A DNA stretch of 64,000 nt from Octopus vulgaris. Taxonomy: Eukaryota. Location: contig OX597830.1 of the NCBI GenBank assembly GCA_951406725.2, positions 54,374,001-54,438,000 on the forward strand, in the 5' to 3' direction. The number at the start of each line of letters is the position of its first letter. The stretch's first letter is position 1. The notes beneath the pieces were generated by a model. The model saw only the letters and a program-made list of their open reading frames with translations, was not told where the DNA came from and did not search any database. Positions 38,241 through 54,479 of this stretch are shown here, piece by piece. Made by a program: the position numbers and the translations under genes.

Positions 38241-38422
38241 ATTTCGGGACGGTCATTTTCTCGGGTTCGTTTACCAAGACACCATTTTGATTCGTCAAAG
38301 ACCGAATAGAGGAACTATTTCCTTGCCGAGCTTCCACCACTCGGGCCCATCCAGCGGCTTTGATTCCTTCACTTCCCATTGCACGTAACTTAGCTCTGGT
38401 AATACTTCCCATGTGGTGGGCT

Positions 38423-39441
38423 TCAAGATGCTGGTTTAACTCGTCTTTTCACCCTCGCTTGGTCTGTATTACCAGTCCTCCAGGCTTCTTCTAGTTCCTT
38501 AACTAGACCATCTCCTATTTTACGTCCCTTCTTAGCTAAACTTATGCTAAACCTCATAGACTCATATTTGATAGCTCTTTTTAGGGCGTACCACCATTTG
38601 TTATTAATGATGGTACCTGTTAATGCCCTCTGTATTAACATCTTGATCCGCTTTCTGTACTCCTCAATCGCCAAAAGGGACGTATTGAGTTTCCAGTAGC
38701 CAGATCCCTGTCTATGCAACTTATCTACAGTCAGTTTACAGGTAACCATCTTGTGGTCACTGTAGCTGACTAGAAAAAAACTGTGGACACTCAACTATGG
38801 ACTTATCTTTTTCTCTAATTAAAATCCTATCTAGATATGTTTTGGTAGACCCGTCACTATTTGACCACGTCCACTGTGGAGTGTTCGGGTGCTCCAACCT
38901 ATATGGATCTGCTAGCTGAAATTGACTTAGTAGATCCCGAAAGCCTGGGTTACATTTTCTGTTCATGTTCGAGTTTGAGCCAACACAATCTGTGTGTGCT
39001 GCACATATTGTATTAGAGTCTCCTAACACTACTAGTGAATGCGACGTGGCTAGGAACTTTCCTAGGCCACGAAAATATTCAGTTTGCGGGCCAATAATGT
39101 TTGGTGCGTAAATAGCGACCAGCCTGATTGTCTTGCCACAACTGAATGTCAAGTCGAGAACGACCAGCCTGCCTTCTGGGTCAGAAAAAAACCAACTTTT
39201 TCTCGGCTACCCGGTTTCTTTTTAGTAGGACCAACACCCCACCCCAACCTCCCGCCCGACTCGGAGAAACGTATTTCTCGTAGCCGTTCAGGAGGGGGAG
39301 CAGATCTTTTGGCCCCTTCACCCGGGTTTCCGTTGCAACAATTACATCCAAATTTCTCGACCTGATGTCATTTAGAAAGCGTCCTTGCTTCCAGCTTGAC
39401 AACAGGCCATGAACATTTAAACAACCAATGTGAATAGACAT
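38423..39441 (-). pseudogene. ORF2 AP-endonuclease domain, frameshifted
   Basis: EEP motifs NV.GL, ET, YAP, GDxN, LD, SDH are spread over three frames. Confidence 0.88.
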
Positions 39442-39456
39442 GACTTACCTGTTTAA

Positions 39457-40458
39457 TCAGGATTGTCCGGTGGAGGGGGACCCTCCACCTTTTTTTTGAT
39501 CCAGGGTCGGAGGTGGATGGTCTTGGGAAATAGATTTGTCAAAATCCCGTCTCACCACCGACACAGAATTATCAGGTGGAGGGGGAATCTCCACCTTTTC
39601 CTTTTCTCGCGGGATTGGGGCTGGTAATCCATGAAATATCGACTTGTTAAAATCTAATCTCAATGAAGATACAGTCTTTCTGTATTTATTTTGTAGAATT
39701 CTATAAGTCTTATTTGAGACTTCATATATGTCGTAATTGATAAATTCCTCTGAAAGGTTATCTATTTTTTTTACAGTCTTTATCAGTTGAATGTCTCTCA
39801 TGAGCTCAGTATCTTTAGTGTATACGGCTATTATGCCTTTTTCTTCTTTTTCTCTTCTGGCAGTCTTTTTTGGTCGTTGTTCTGTAGTAGTCGCCGCTCT
39901 CGGCTGGGTTGCTGGTTGTATTTTTCTTTTGTTTGTTGTTTTTTTCTCATCTGTTTCTTCTTTATCTTCTTCCTCTTTGTCTTCCTCCTCTTCTTCATTT
40001 TCCTTGCAGTTCCTTCGAATGTGGCCTAATTGACCACATAAAAAACATCGAGGTTTTCGGCCCTCAACAAACACCACGAGGTTCTCCTCCCCTACCTCAA
40101 TTGTCTCGGGAATTGCTTGAATTATTTTAGGGCCCGCTTGAATGAGAAGATTAATTGTTTGACCATCCCAGCGTGGGTTTTCCGTAGCGGTAGCCTGGAG
40201 GAGAGTAATTTTTTCTACCTCTTTGATTAGGACTGCCGCCAACAACCACATAGGTTCGACTTCTGGCGGGACCCTTGTAATTTTTATTCTCGACGTCCTC
40301 ATCCTCATATAATAGGAGATGAGCTCCACGTCGTTCGTTTTCAGTGTTTCAACTGAGTTCTTGTGTGCTATTTCTTTATTGGTGAACCTTACTTCCACCG
40401 TTCCGAATTTTTTCCTCTTCTCAGATATACTACGTCGCCCCATATTGGCTTTAAGCAC
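39457..40458 (-). pseudogene. Tx1-like ORF1 remnant (333-codon open segment; true start upstream, perhaps ~40954-40990, disrupted)
   Basis: CFLCGQLGHIRRNC zinc knuckle; homologous to three other ORF1 relics in the window. Confidence 0.8.
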
Positions 40459-41235
40459 TTTTCTATTTTCTCTTCTGACATTCTTTCAATTTTTCTTTTT
40501 TGTAGACAATATGTTTTGAAAATTATTGTTTTTGCTTCTCTTCTTGTAATAACTTTTGCGGAGGTTCAATTTTCACACCGTTGTCAGTTATTTTCATCAT
40601 TTGGCTGTATTTCATAAAGTCGCTTTTATTCGTCGACAGTATCCGGGTTCCACCCCCAGCAGCCAACGCAAAACTTTTTTCCATTTTTTGGTTCTATCTG
40701 GATGCTAGGTACATCAATTATTCTCCTCGACACAATGCCTTTGTTCTCTGGCAAAGTCGGAAACTCTTCCGGTGAAAGTTCTGACGAGCTCTCAGACACA
40801 TCTCCAAAAAAATCAAATATATTATCCTCTCTGCTATTCCTTCTTGTAGCGGGGGAAACCCCTATTTCCTTGTCTGTAGTTGGCTCCACGCCGGACATGT
40901 ATTTGCTCCTCTCAACAGGAGAAACAAGTATTTCTGCTCCAACGGTAGGCTCCATGCTAGACGACATTCTTCCCCCCAAAGGAGGAATGAACAACGCGTG
41001 TTACCACAAGCACTAAGTGTTTTCAATTGAAAACTCCAATAGTTAAGTTATTCAACAGTTTAACAAGAAACAACAGTTATTAACAATATTAACACCAAGA
41101 AACAGCAATTCTTACCACGAACACATGTGCGGCAGACAAAATACGGCTACGCATTTCGCCCGGCGTGCTAACGTTTCTGCAAGCTCGCCGCCTTAAAAGA
41201 TAAAAGATATAATCTGTATATAGTATATAATATAC

Positions 41236-41311
<76 letters not shown>

Positions 41312-41369
41312 GTGTGATTGTGTACGTATGTATGTATGTATGTATATATGTATGTATGTATGTGCGTGT

Positions 41370-41695
41370 GAAGGCGCGTGGCTTAGTGGTTAGGGCATTC
41401 AGCTCACGATTGTAAGGTCGTGAGTTCAATTCTAGGCGACGCATTGTGTCCTTGAGCAAGTCATTTTATTTCACGTTGCTCCAGTCCACTCAGTTGGCAA
41501 AAATGAGTTGTACCTGTATTTCAAAGGGCCAGCCTTGTCACACTCTGTGTCACACTGAATCTCCCCGAGAACTACGTTAAGGGTACACGTGCCTGTGGAT
41601 TGCTCAGTCACTTGCACGTTGATTTCACGAGCAAGCTGTTCCGTTGATCGTATCAGCTGGGACCCTCGTCGTCGTAACCGACGGAGTGCTCCTTT
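41370..41695 (+). mobile_element. SINE family E (tRNA head, CORE-like centre), tail type 3
   Basis: GGCGCGTGGCTTAGTGGTTAGGG...GAGTTCAATTC...TGTGTCCTTGAGCAAG...GTATTTCAAAGGGCCAGCC...CGACGGAGTGC. Confidence 0.88.
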
Positions 41696-42197
41696 TATGT
41701 ACGTACGTACGTACGTACGTATGTATGTATGTATGTATGTATGTATGTATGTATGTATGTATGTATGTATGTATGTATGTATGTATGTATGTATGTAGCG
41801 AGAGAAACCCAATCAAAATTGACCTTTAGAAAGCAGTGTTTAGAGTTGCAAATTTACTTGGGCCCCTTGGTATTTTACAAAATAGAAAAAAAAAATAAAC
41901 GATTAATATCTTGGAGATAATCTGTACTGAAGTGTAACCTATATAAATCGTATACTATATTTTTTGGCATGAATGTATGTATAATATATGAATGTATGTG
42001 GGGGCGCGCAGCGCATACACAGGCACACACGTACACACGTACACACGTACACACGTACACACGTACACACGTACACACGCGGATACATTTTATGTATAGC
42101 TATTATCCTTTTTTTTACATGTAATTGTTGGAACCTTTCTTTCGTCTCACAAAGCTGCAAGCTCTGTGTATGTGTGTGTGTGTGTGTGTGTTTGTGT

Positions 42198-42230
<33 letters not shown>

Positions 42231-42519
42231 ACAGTATGTGGGGAGGGGAATATTTACTTGAATGTTAGCATTCCTGAAGTGCCTGTTCTCATTTTGGCCT
42301 ATTTAAGGCGCGGCCACAGTTTATGCGCCGAGCGGATGAATCTGGTTATTGAAGTCAATGCAAAATTTAACGCATGAACAATTAGTTGTAATCGTCGCTT
42401 GTATTGTTGTCGAATGATTCTATAACCCCGGGTATGCTCACATCGGTCAGGTTTATGATCGAAAACATTCTAGATTACGCAGTTAAGCAAATGTTGGCGT
42501 TTAACTGACGAATCTGATG

Positions 42520-42918
42520 CGGTTGTAGCGGTATCTGATATCCTCACTGTTTGAGAGACACAGCAGGAATGATCTCGTTTGAGATTACAGCCATCTTTGG
42601 CTGGGTTCTTCCTGTTGTGTCCACTGATCTGATTGGTTGACATGTGGCGCGATTTGTCTCTATTTATTTCGCGCCACTGTCCAAAGCCAACTAATCACGG
42701 CCTTTGGTTAAGGTCTCGTGACACTTTTCCTAGGCTCTGTTTGAGCCATTTCTCCTCTTTATAAAAGGGTTTGCTTTCAGTATACAGGGTCTTTGACTTC
42801 AGACCTCCTAGGGTCTAGTGGACACAACAGAAACAACCCAGCCAAAGATGCATGCAATCTCAAACGAGATCATTCCTGCTGTGTCTCTCAAACTGAGGAT
42901 ATCGGAAACTGCTACACT
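42520..42918. mobile_element. MITE/foldback with ~100-bp inverted arms
   Basis: GTTTGAGAGACACAGCAGGAATGATCTCGTTTGAGATT...CTGTTGTGTCCACT vs AGTGGACACAACAG...AATCTCAAACGAGATCATTCCTGCTGTGTCTCTCAAAC. Confidence 0.85.
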
Positions 42919-43221
42919 GTATAGTGAATTGTAACGAATGCTCTGCCGATACTTGCAAACTCTTTCTAAGTTTTGCAGCTAGACATTCTTCAAGAGAAAT
43001 TTATTCATATGCTTGCAAGCGGAATATAACTCGAATATTTTGTTCGACATGTTCACTTGGCTTGTCAATTCGTTATACATTTCAGAACGGCAAAGATCGC
43101 TTCTCTTTATGATTTTGAATACGGGTTTGCAGTCTGAACAACATTCCAACTTATAGCAGTGGTATCACTTCTATTAATTTTCGGTGTTGGATAAGCAAGG
43201 GTCTAGTCTATCTCTGGTTAT

Positions 43222-43456
43222 GTAAGATTAAGTGTGTTAAAAAGATCTTGCTTTATCTTGGGAGGGTTATTACGCCAATAATAATAAGCACACGCACTGA
43301 TTCCGTTTCACTTCTTTATTGTTAGTCAATTGGTTAGTTACATAAACAACCAACTGATTAGCAATAAAGAAGTGAACTCGAATCGGTGCGTATGTATATA
43401 TTATTGGCGTAGTAACTCTCTCAAGATACAAGATTTTTTCACATCAAGAATCTTGC
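43222..43456. repeat. ~230-bp imperfect hairpin with a very short loop
   Basis: TATCTTGGGAGGGTTATTACGCCAATAAT...CACTTCTTTATTGTTAGTCAATTGGTT pairs with AACCAACTGATTAGCAATAAAGAAGTG...ATTATTGGCGTAGTAACTCTCTCAAGATA. Confidence 0.85.
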
Positions 43457-43659
43457 AAACAAATACAAAACTGAAGTTATTCAAAAGATTTTTCTGTTAA
43501 TCCTAAGTAGTTTCTGTCCGTCTGTCTGTCTGTCCCCTTCTCTCTCTATCCATCTATCTCTATCTCGAAAAATCCCATAACGACAACAACAACAAAACAA
43601 CAGTTATTTTGGTTATACAGAAAACTTTGAGGCATTTGTGGCTAAGTGGGTTGCTGCAT

Positions 43660-43818
<159 letters not shown>

Positions 43819-43944
43819 TAGAAGAAATGACTCAGAAATCTGGATGGTTTTATATTTACATATATTTATTAGTATGTTACATGTTTTTATAAATCATGTA
43901 TCACATAATAGCGCTTTCGTCCACTCTAGTGGAGTCTTCAAATT

Positions 43945-45197
<1,253 letters not shown>

Positions 45198-45343
45198 ATG
45201 ATGATAATAATAATAATAATAATAATAACAACAACAACAACAACAACAATAATGATAACAACAACGACAACAATAATAATAATAATAACAACAACAACAA
45301 CAATAATAATAATAATGATAACAACAACAACAACAACAACAAC

Positions 45344-45374
<31 letters not shown>

Positions 45375-45417
45375 GAAGAAGAAGAAGAAGAAGAAGAAGA
45401 AGAAGAAGAAGAAGAAG

Positions 45418-45446
<29 letters not shown>
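45198..45446. repeat. (AAT/AAC)n-(GAA)n compound microsatellite
   Basis: Seen directly. Confidence 0.95.
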
Positions 45447-45448
<2 letters not shown>

Positions 45449-45879
45449 TCCTATCCAAGACCCCTCCGATTCAGTGGACAAGTCAGATCAACTCGCCCCT
45501 GTAATTGACTGTTACGTTATTTTATCGACTACTCCCTCAAAGATGAAAAGCTTAGTTTTCGCCCATATTTCTTGCATAAGTCGAAAAGGCAGCGTTGACC
45601 CAGATTTGATTTGGATGAGGGTAAAAGAGTTGCAAGTAAATATAAATGTTAAAACTCTAAGTGAATAGTCATTAGCGGCTCGGATGAAATGTTAACCACA
45701 TTAACATGATGTTGATAGTCTACTTAGCATTATATAGCAACACTTCCACTTAAACACATACATGTACACACCCAAGCCCCAATGCATCATTCGACTGGTA
45801 GCGCTTGCATGTGTAAGTTGTTTGCAAAACATCATGCGTACATACATACATGCATACATACATACATACATACATGCAT

Positions 45880-45930
<51 letters not shown>

Positions 45931-46050
45931 AAATGTATGTATGTATATATATTACATAGATAGATGTACATACACACACACGCACATATATATTGTGTAT
46001 ATATGCATATTTATGTTTATGTATATATATATATATATATGTACATATAT

Positions 46051-46166
<116 letters not shown>

Positions 46167-46379
46167 GTTTGTGTCTGGGGAGAGTCATTCTCTTTTAGTG
46201 CCTTATTATTTAACACACTCACCGGTAAAATTTTCACTTATATCTTATTTTTATTTTTAAAAAAATTATATATATATATATACATATACATGTATGCATG
46301 TATGGATTTATACATAGATACATGTACATACAAACACACAGAGAGGCACGCGCACACACAAATACATGAATATGCAGAA

Positions 46380-46771
46380 TACATACATACATACATGCAT
46401 ACATACATACATACATACATACATACATGCATACATACATACATACATACATGCATACATACATGCATGCATACATATATGCATACATACATACATACAT
46501 ACATGCATACATATATGCATACATACATACATACATACATAGATACATGCATACATACATACATACATACATACATACATACATACATACATACATACAT
46601 ACATACATACATGCATACATACATGCATGCATACATACATACATACATACATGCATACATGCATACATACATACATACATACATACATACATGCATACAT
46701 ACATACATACATACATGCATACATACATGCATGCATACATACATACATACATACATACATACATACATACA

Positions 46772-46804
<33 letters not shown>

Positions 46805-47347
46805 GCATACATACATACATACATACATACATGCATACATACATACATACATACATACATACATTCATACATATATGCATACATACATACATACATACAT
46901 GCATAAATACATACATACATACATGCATACATACATGCATGCATACATACATACATGCATACATACATACATACATACATACATGCATACATACATGCAT
47001 GCATACATACATACATACATACATACATGCATACATGCATACATACATGCATACATACATGCATACATATATGCATACATACATACATACATACATACAT
47101 ACATACATACATACATACATACATTCATACATATATGCATACATACATACATACATACATACATGCATACATACATACATACATACATACATACATACAT
47201 ACATACATACATACATACATACATACATACATACATACATACATACATACATGCATACATACATGCATGCATACATACATACATGCATACATACATACAT
47301 ACATACATACATGCATACATACATACATACATGCATACATACATACA

Positions 47348-47380
<33 letters not shown>

Positions 47381-47381
47381 G

Positions 47382-47412
<31 letters not shown>

Positions 47413-47527
47413 GCATACATACATACATACATACATACATACATACATACATACATACATACATGCATACATACATACATACATACATACATACATACAT
47501 ACATACATACATACATACATACATACA
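46380..47527. repeat. ~1.15-kb (CATA)n/(CATG) satellite
   Basis: Seen directly; opposite orientation to the next array. Confidence 0.97.
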
Positions 47528-47741
47528 CAGAAGCACACGTGACCACTTGATGCGCACGCAACAAATCTCAAGCTCAAAATGAGTTCTATGACGAACTAAA
47601 TCAATAGTCATTAAAAAGGTTGCAAGCTTTAACAACAGTGCTTTGACAAACGAAAACAAAACAAATTTGTTAGTTGGGAGCGGAATTAAATCAGTGTATG
47701 TTCTCAGTACATTGGCATAATGTCTCTCCCTAGACACAACA

Positions 47742-47743
<2 letters not shown>

Positions 47744-47772
<29 letters not shown>

Positions 47773-48106
47773 TGTATGTATGTATGTATGTATGTATGTA
47801 TGTATGTATGTATGTATGTATGTATGTATGTATGTATGCATGCATGTATGTATGGATGTATGTATGCATGTATGTATGTATGTATGCATGTATGTATGCA
47901 TGTATGTATGCATGCATGTATGTATGTATGTGTGTGTGTATGTATGCATGTATGTATGTATGCATGTATGTATGTATGTATGTATGCATGCATGTATGTA
48001 TGTATGTATGTATGTATGCATGTATGTATGTATGAATGAATGTATGTATGTATGTATGTATGTGTGTGTGTATGTATGTATGCATGTATGTATGTATGTA
48101 TGTATG

Positions 48107-48140
<34 letters not shown>

Positions 48141-49276
48141 TGCATGCATGCATGTATGTATGTATGTATGTATGTATGTATGTATGTATGTATGTATGTA
48201 TGTATGTATGCATGCATGTATGTATGTATGTATGCATGTATGTATGTGTGTGTGTATGTATGTATGCATGTATGTATGTATGTATGTATGTATGTATGTA
48301 TGTATGTATGTATGTATGTATGTATGCATGTATGTATGTATGAATGAATGTATGTATGTATGTATGTATGTATGTATGTGTGTGTGTGTATGTATGTATG
48401 CATGTATGTATGTATGTATGTATGTATGTATGCATGTATGTATGTATGTATGCATGCATGCATGTATGTATGTATGTATGCATGTATGTATGTATGTATG
48501 TATGTATGTATGTATGCATGTATGAATGTATGCATGTATGAATGTATGCATGTATGTATGTATGTTTGTATGAATGTATGTATGTATGTATGTATGCATG
48601 TATGTATGCACGCATGTATGTATGTATGCATGTATGTATGTATGAATGTATGTATGTATGTATGTATGTATGCATGTATGTATGCATGTATGTATGTATG
48701 TATGTATGCATGCATGTATGTATGCATGTATGTATGTATGTATGCATGTATGTATGTATGCATGCATGTATGTATGTATGTATGTATGTATGAATGTATG
48801 TATGTATGTATGTATGCATGTATGAATGTATGTATGTATGTATGAATGTATGTATGTACGTACGTATGTATGTATGTATGTATATTTGTATGTATGTATG
48901 TATGTATGTATGTATGTATGTATGTATGTATGTATGTATGCATGCATGTATGTATGTATGTATGTATGTATGTATCTATGTATGTATGTATGTATGAATT
49001 TATGTATGTATGTATGTATGTATGTATGTATGTATGTATGTATGTATGTATGTATGTATGTATGTATGTATGTATGTATGTATGTATGTATGTATGTATG
49101 TATGCATGCATGCATGTATGTATGTATGTATGTATGTATGTATGTATGCATGCATGTATGTATGTATGTATGTATGTATGTATGTATGCATGCATGCATG
49201 CATGTATGTATGTATGTATGTATGCATGCATGTATGTATGCATGTATGTATGCATGCATGTATGTATGCATGTATC

Positions 49277-49308
<32 letters not shown>

Positions 49309-50992
49309 CATGTATGTATGTATGTATGTATATATGCATGCATGCATGTATGTATGTATGTATGTATGCATGTATGTATGTATGCATATATGTATGTATG
49401 TGTGTATGTATGTATGTATGATTGTATGTATGCATGTATGTATGTATGTATGTATGTATGTATGTATGTATGTATGTATGTATGTATGTATGTATGTATG
49501 TATGTATGTATGTATGTATGTATGTATGTATGTATGCATGCATGTATGTATGTATGTATCTATGTATGTATGCATGTATGTATGTATGTATGTATGTATG
49601 TATGTACGAATGTGTGCATGCATGTATGTAGGCATGTATGCATGTATGTATGTATGTATGCATGTATGTATGTATGTATGTATGCATGTATGTATGTATG
49701 TATGTATGTATGTATGCATGCATGTATGCATGCATGTATGTATGTATGTATGCATGTATGTATGTATGTATGTATGCATGCATGCATGCATGCATGTATG
49801 TATGTATGTATGTATGTATGTATGCATGTATGTATGTATGTATGTATGTATGTATGTATGCATGCATGCATGTATGTATGTTTGTATGTAAGTATGTATG
49901 TATGAATGTGTGCATGCATGTATGTAGGCATGTATGCATGTATGTATGTATGTAATCATGTATGTATGTATGTATGTATGCATGTATGTATGTATGTATG
50001 TATGTATGTATGTATGTATGCATGCATGTATGTATGTATGTATGTATGTATGTATGTATGTATGTATGTATGTATGTATGCATGTATGAATGTATGCATG
50101 TATGAATGTATGCATGTATGTATGCATGTATGTATGTATGTATGTATGAATGTATGTATGTATGTATGCATGTATGTATGCACGCATGTATGTATGTATG
50201 CATGTATGTATGTATGTATGTATGTATGTATGTATGTATGCATGTATGTATGCATGTATGTATGTATGTATGTATGTATGTATGCATGCATGTATGTATG
50301 TATGTATGTATGTATGTATGTATGTATGTATGTATGTATGCATGCATGTATGTATGTATGTATGTATGTATGTATGTATGTATGTATGTATGTATGTATG
50401 TATGTATGTATGTATGTATGTATGAATGTATGTATGTACGTACGTATGTATGTATGTATGTATGTTTGTATGTATGTATGTATGCATGTATGTATGTATG
50501 TATGAATGTATGTATGTATGCATGCATGTATGTATGTATGTATGCATGTATGTATGTATGTATGTATGTATGTATGAATTTATGTATGTATGCATGTATG
50601 TATGTATGCATGTATGTATGTATGTATGTATGTATGTATGCATGTATGTATGTATGTATGTATGTATGTATGCATGCATGTATGTATGTATGTATGTATG
50701 TATGTATGTATGTATGTATGTATGTATGTATGTATGCATGCATGTATGTATGGATGTATGTATGCATGTATGTATGTATGTATGCATGTATGTATGCATG
50801 TATGTATGCATGCATGTATGTATGTATGTGTGTGTGTATGTATGCATGTATGTATGTATGTATGTATGTATGCATGCATGTATGTATGTATGTATGTATG
50901 TATGTATGCATGTATGTATGTATGAATGAATGTATGTATGTATGTATGTATGTGTGTGTGTATGTATGTATGCATGTATGTATGTATGTATG

Positions 50993-51026
<34 letters not shown>

Positions 51027-54000
51027 TGTATGCATGCATGCATGTATGTATGTATGTATGTATGCATGTATGTATGGATGTATGTATGTATGTATGTATG
51101 CATGCATGTATGTATGTATGTATGCATGTATGTATGTATGTGTGTGTGTATGTATGTATGTATGTATGTATGTATGTATGTATGTATGTATGTATGTATG
51201 TATGTATGTATGTATGTATGTATGCATGTATGTATGAATGAATGTATGTATGTATGTATGTATGTATGTATGTATGTATGTATGTATGTGTGTGTGTGTA
51301 TGTATGTATGCATGGATGTATGTATGTATGTATGTATGTATGCATGCATGTATGTATGTATGCATGCATGCATGTATGTATGTATGTATGTATGTATGCA
51401 TGTATGTATGTATGTATGTATGTATGCATGTATGAATGTATGCATGTATGAATGTATGCATGTATGTATGTATGTTTGTATGAATGTATGTATGTATGTA
51501 TGCATGTATGTATGCACGCATGTATGTATGTATGCATGTATGTATGTATGAATGTATGTATGTATGTATGTATGCATGTATGTATGCATGTATGTATGTA
51601 TGTATGTATGTATGCATGCATGTATGTATGCATGTATGTATGTATGTATGTATGCATGTATGTATGTATGCATGCATGTATGTATGTATGTATGTATGTA
51701 TGAATGTATGTATGTATGTATGTATGTATGAATGTATGTATGTATGTATGAATGTATGTATGTACGTACGTATGTATGTATGTATGTATGTTTGTATGTA
51801 TGTATGTATGCATGTATGTATGTATGTATGTATTAATGTATGTATGTATGCATGCATGTATGTATGTATGTATGCATGTATGTATGTATGTATGTATGTA
51901 TGTATGAATTTATGTATGTATGCATGTATGTATGTATGTATGCATGTATGTATGTATGTATGTATGTATGTATGTATGTATGTATGTATGTATGTATGTA
52001 TGTATGCATGCATGCATGTATGTATGTATGTATGTATGTATGTATGTATGCATGCATGTATGTATGTATGTATGTATGTATGTATGTATGTATGCATGCA
52101 TGCATGCATGCATGTATGTATGTATGTATGTATGTATGTATGCATGCATGTATGTATGCATGTATGTATGCATGCATGTATGTATGCATGTATCTATATA
52201 TGTATGTATGTATGTATGCATGTATGTATGTATGTATGTATGTATATATGCATGCATGCATGTATGTATGTATGTATGTATGCATGTATGCATGTATGCA
52301 TATATGTATGTTTGTGTGTATGTATGTATGTATGATTGTATGTATGCATGTATGTGTGTATGTATGTATGTATGTATGTATGTATGCATGTATGTATGTA
52401 TGTATGTATGTATGTATGTATGTATGTATGTATGTATGTATGTATGTATGTATGTATGTATGCATGCATGTATGTATGTATGTATGTATGTATGCATGTA
52501 TGTATGTATGTATGTATGTATGAATGTGTGCATGCATGTATGTAGGCATGTATGCATGTATGTATGTATGTATGTATGTATGTATGTATGCATGTATGTA
52601 TGTATGTATGTATGTATGTATGTATGTATGCATGCATGTATGCATGCATGTATGTATGTATGTATGTATGTATGTATGTATGTATGTATGTATGTATGTA
52701 TGTATGCATGCATGCATGCATGTATGTATGTATGTATGTATGTATGTATGCATGTATGTATGTATGTATGTATGTATGGATGCATGCATGTATGTATGTT
52801 TGTATGTATGTATGTATGTATGAATGTGTGCATGCATGTATGTAGGCATGTATGCATGTATGTATGTGTGTATGCATGTATGTATGTATGTATGTATGTA
52901 TGTATGTATGTATGTATGTATGTATGTATGTATGTATGCATGCATGTATGTATGTATGTATGTATGTATGTATGTATGTATGTATGTATGTATGTATGTA
53001 TGTATGCATGTATGAATGTATGCATGTATGAATGTATGCATGTATGTATGTATGTATGTATGTATGTATGTATGTATGAATGTATGTATGTATGTATGTA
53101 TGCATGTATGTATGCACGCATGTATGTATGTATGCATGTATGTATGTATGAATGTATGTATGTATGTATGTATGTATGTATGTATGTATGTATGTATGCA
53201 TGTATGTATGTATGTATGTATGTATGTATGTATGTATGCATGCATGTATGTATGCATGTATGTATGTATGTATGCATGTATGTATGTATGCATGCATGTA
53301 TGTATGTATGTATGTATGTATGAATGTATGTATGTACGTACGTATGTATGTATGTATGTATGTATGTTTGTATGTATGTATGCATGTATGTATGTATGTA
53401 TGTATGAATGTATGTATGTATGCATGCATGTATGTATGTATGTATGCATGTATGTATGTATGTATGTATGTATGAATTTATGTATGTATGCATGTATGTA
53501 TGTATGTATGCATGTATGTATGTATGCATGTATGTATGTATGTATGCATGTATGTATGTATGTATGTATGTATGCATGCATGCATGTATGTATGTATGTA
53601 TGTATGTATGCATGCATGTATGTATGTATGTATGTATGTATGTATGTATGCATGCATGCATGCATGTATGTATGTATGTATGTATGCATGCATGTATGTA
53701 TGCATGTATGTATGCATGCATGTATGTATGCATGTATCTATATATGTATGTATGTATGTATGTATGCATGTATGTATGTATGTATGTATGTATGTATGCA
53801 TGCATGCATGTATGTATGTATGTATGCATGTATGTATGTATGTATGCATATATGTATGTATGTGTGTATGTATGTATGTATGATTGTATGTATGCATGTA
53901 TGTATGTATGTATGTATGCATGTATGTATGCATGTATTTATGTATGTATGTATGTATGTATGTATGTATGTATGTTTGCATGTATGTATGTATGTATGTA

Positions 54001-54470
54001 TGTATGCATGCATGTATGTATGTATGTATGTATGTATGCATGTATGTATGTATGTATGTATGTATGTATGAATGTGTGCATGCATGTATGTAGGCATGTA
54101 TGCATGTATGTATGTATGCATGTATGTATGTATGTATGCATGCATGTATGTATGTATGTATGTATGTATGTATGTATGTATGCATGCATGTATGCATGCA
54201 TGTATGTATGTATGTATGCATGTATGTATGTATGTATGTATGTATGTATGTATGCATGCATGCATGCATGTATGTATGTATGTATGTATGCATGTATGTA
54301 TGTATGTATGTATGTATGTATGTATGCATGCATGCATGTATGTATGTTTGTATGTATATATGTATGTATGTATGCATGCATGCATGCATGTATGTATGTA
54401 TGTATGTATGTATGCATGCATGCATGTATGTATGTTTGTATGTATGTATTCATGCATATATGTATGCATA
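47744..54470. repeat. ~6.7-kb (TATG)n/(CATG) satellite with higher-order periodicity
   Basis: Variant landmarks recur at ~0.3, ~1.3/1.6 and ~2.9 kb spacings. Confidence 0.97.
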
Positions 54471-54479
54471 TAGTTGCCT

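Larger units (their letters stand above)
37631..41125 (-). mobile_element. Tx1/L1-clade LINE, 5' portion (5'UTR, ORF1, APE endonuclease, start of RT region), 3'-truncated
   Basis: ORF1 with CCHC knuckle, then MSIHIGCLNVHGL...VIVATET, IYAPN, VLGDSN, TWSN..TYLDRIL, SDHK, GYWKLNTSLL; frameshifted and broken by (CT)n/(TA)n at 38185-38235. Confidence 0.92.

Noticed and set aside
39457-40458. 333-aa ORF as a host or domesticated zinc-knuckle gene
   Set aside because: Starts at a non-ATG codon after frameshifts and lies directly upstream of a broken LINE ORF2.
46865-51673. 1602-aa ORF and the many overlapping HTYI/MYVC ORFs
   Set aside because: Translations of (CATA)n/(TATG)n, which lack stop codons in most frames; open on both strands with no domain content.
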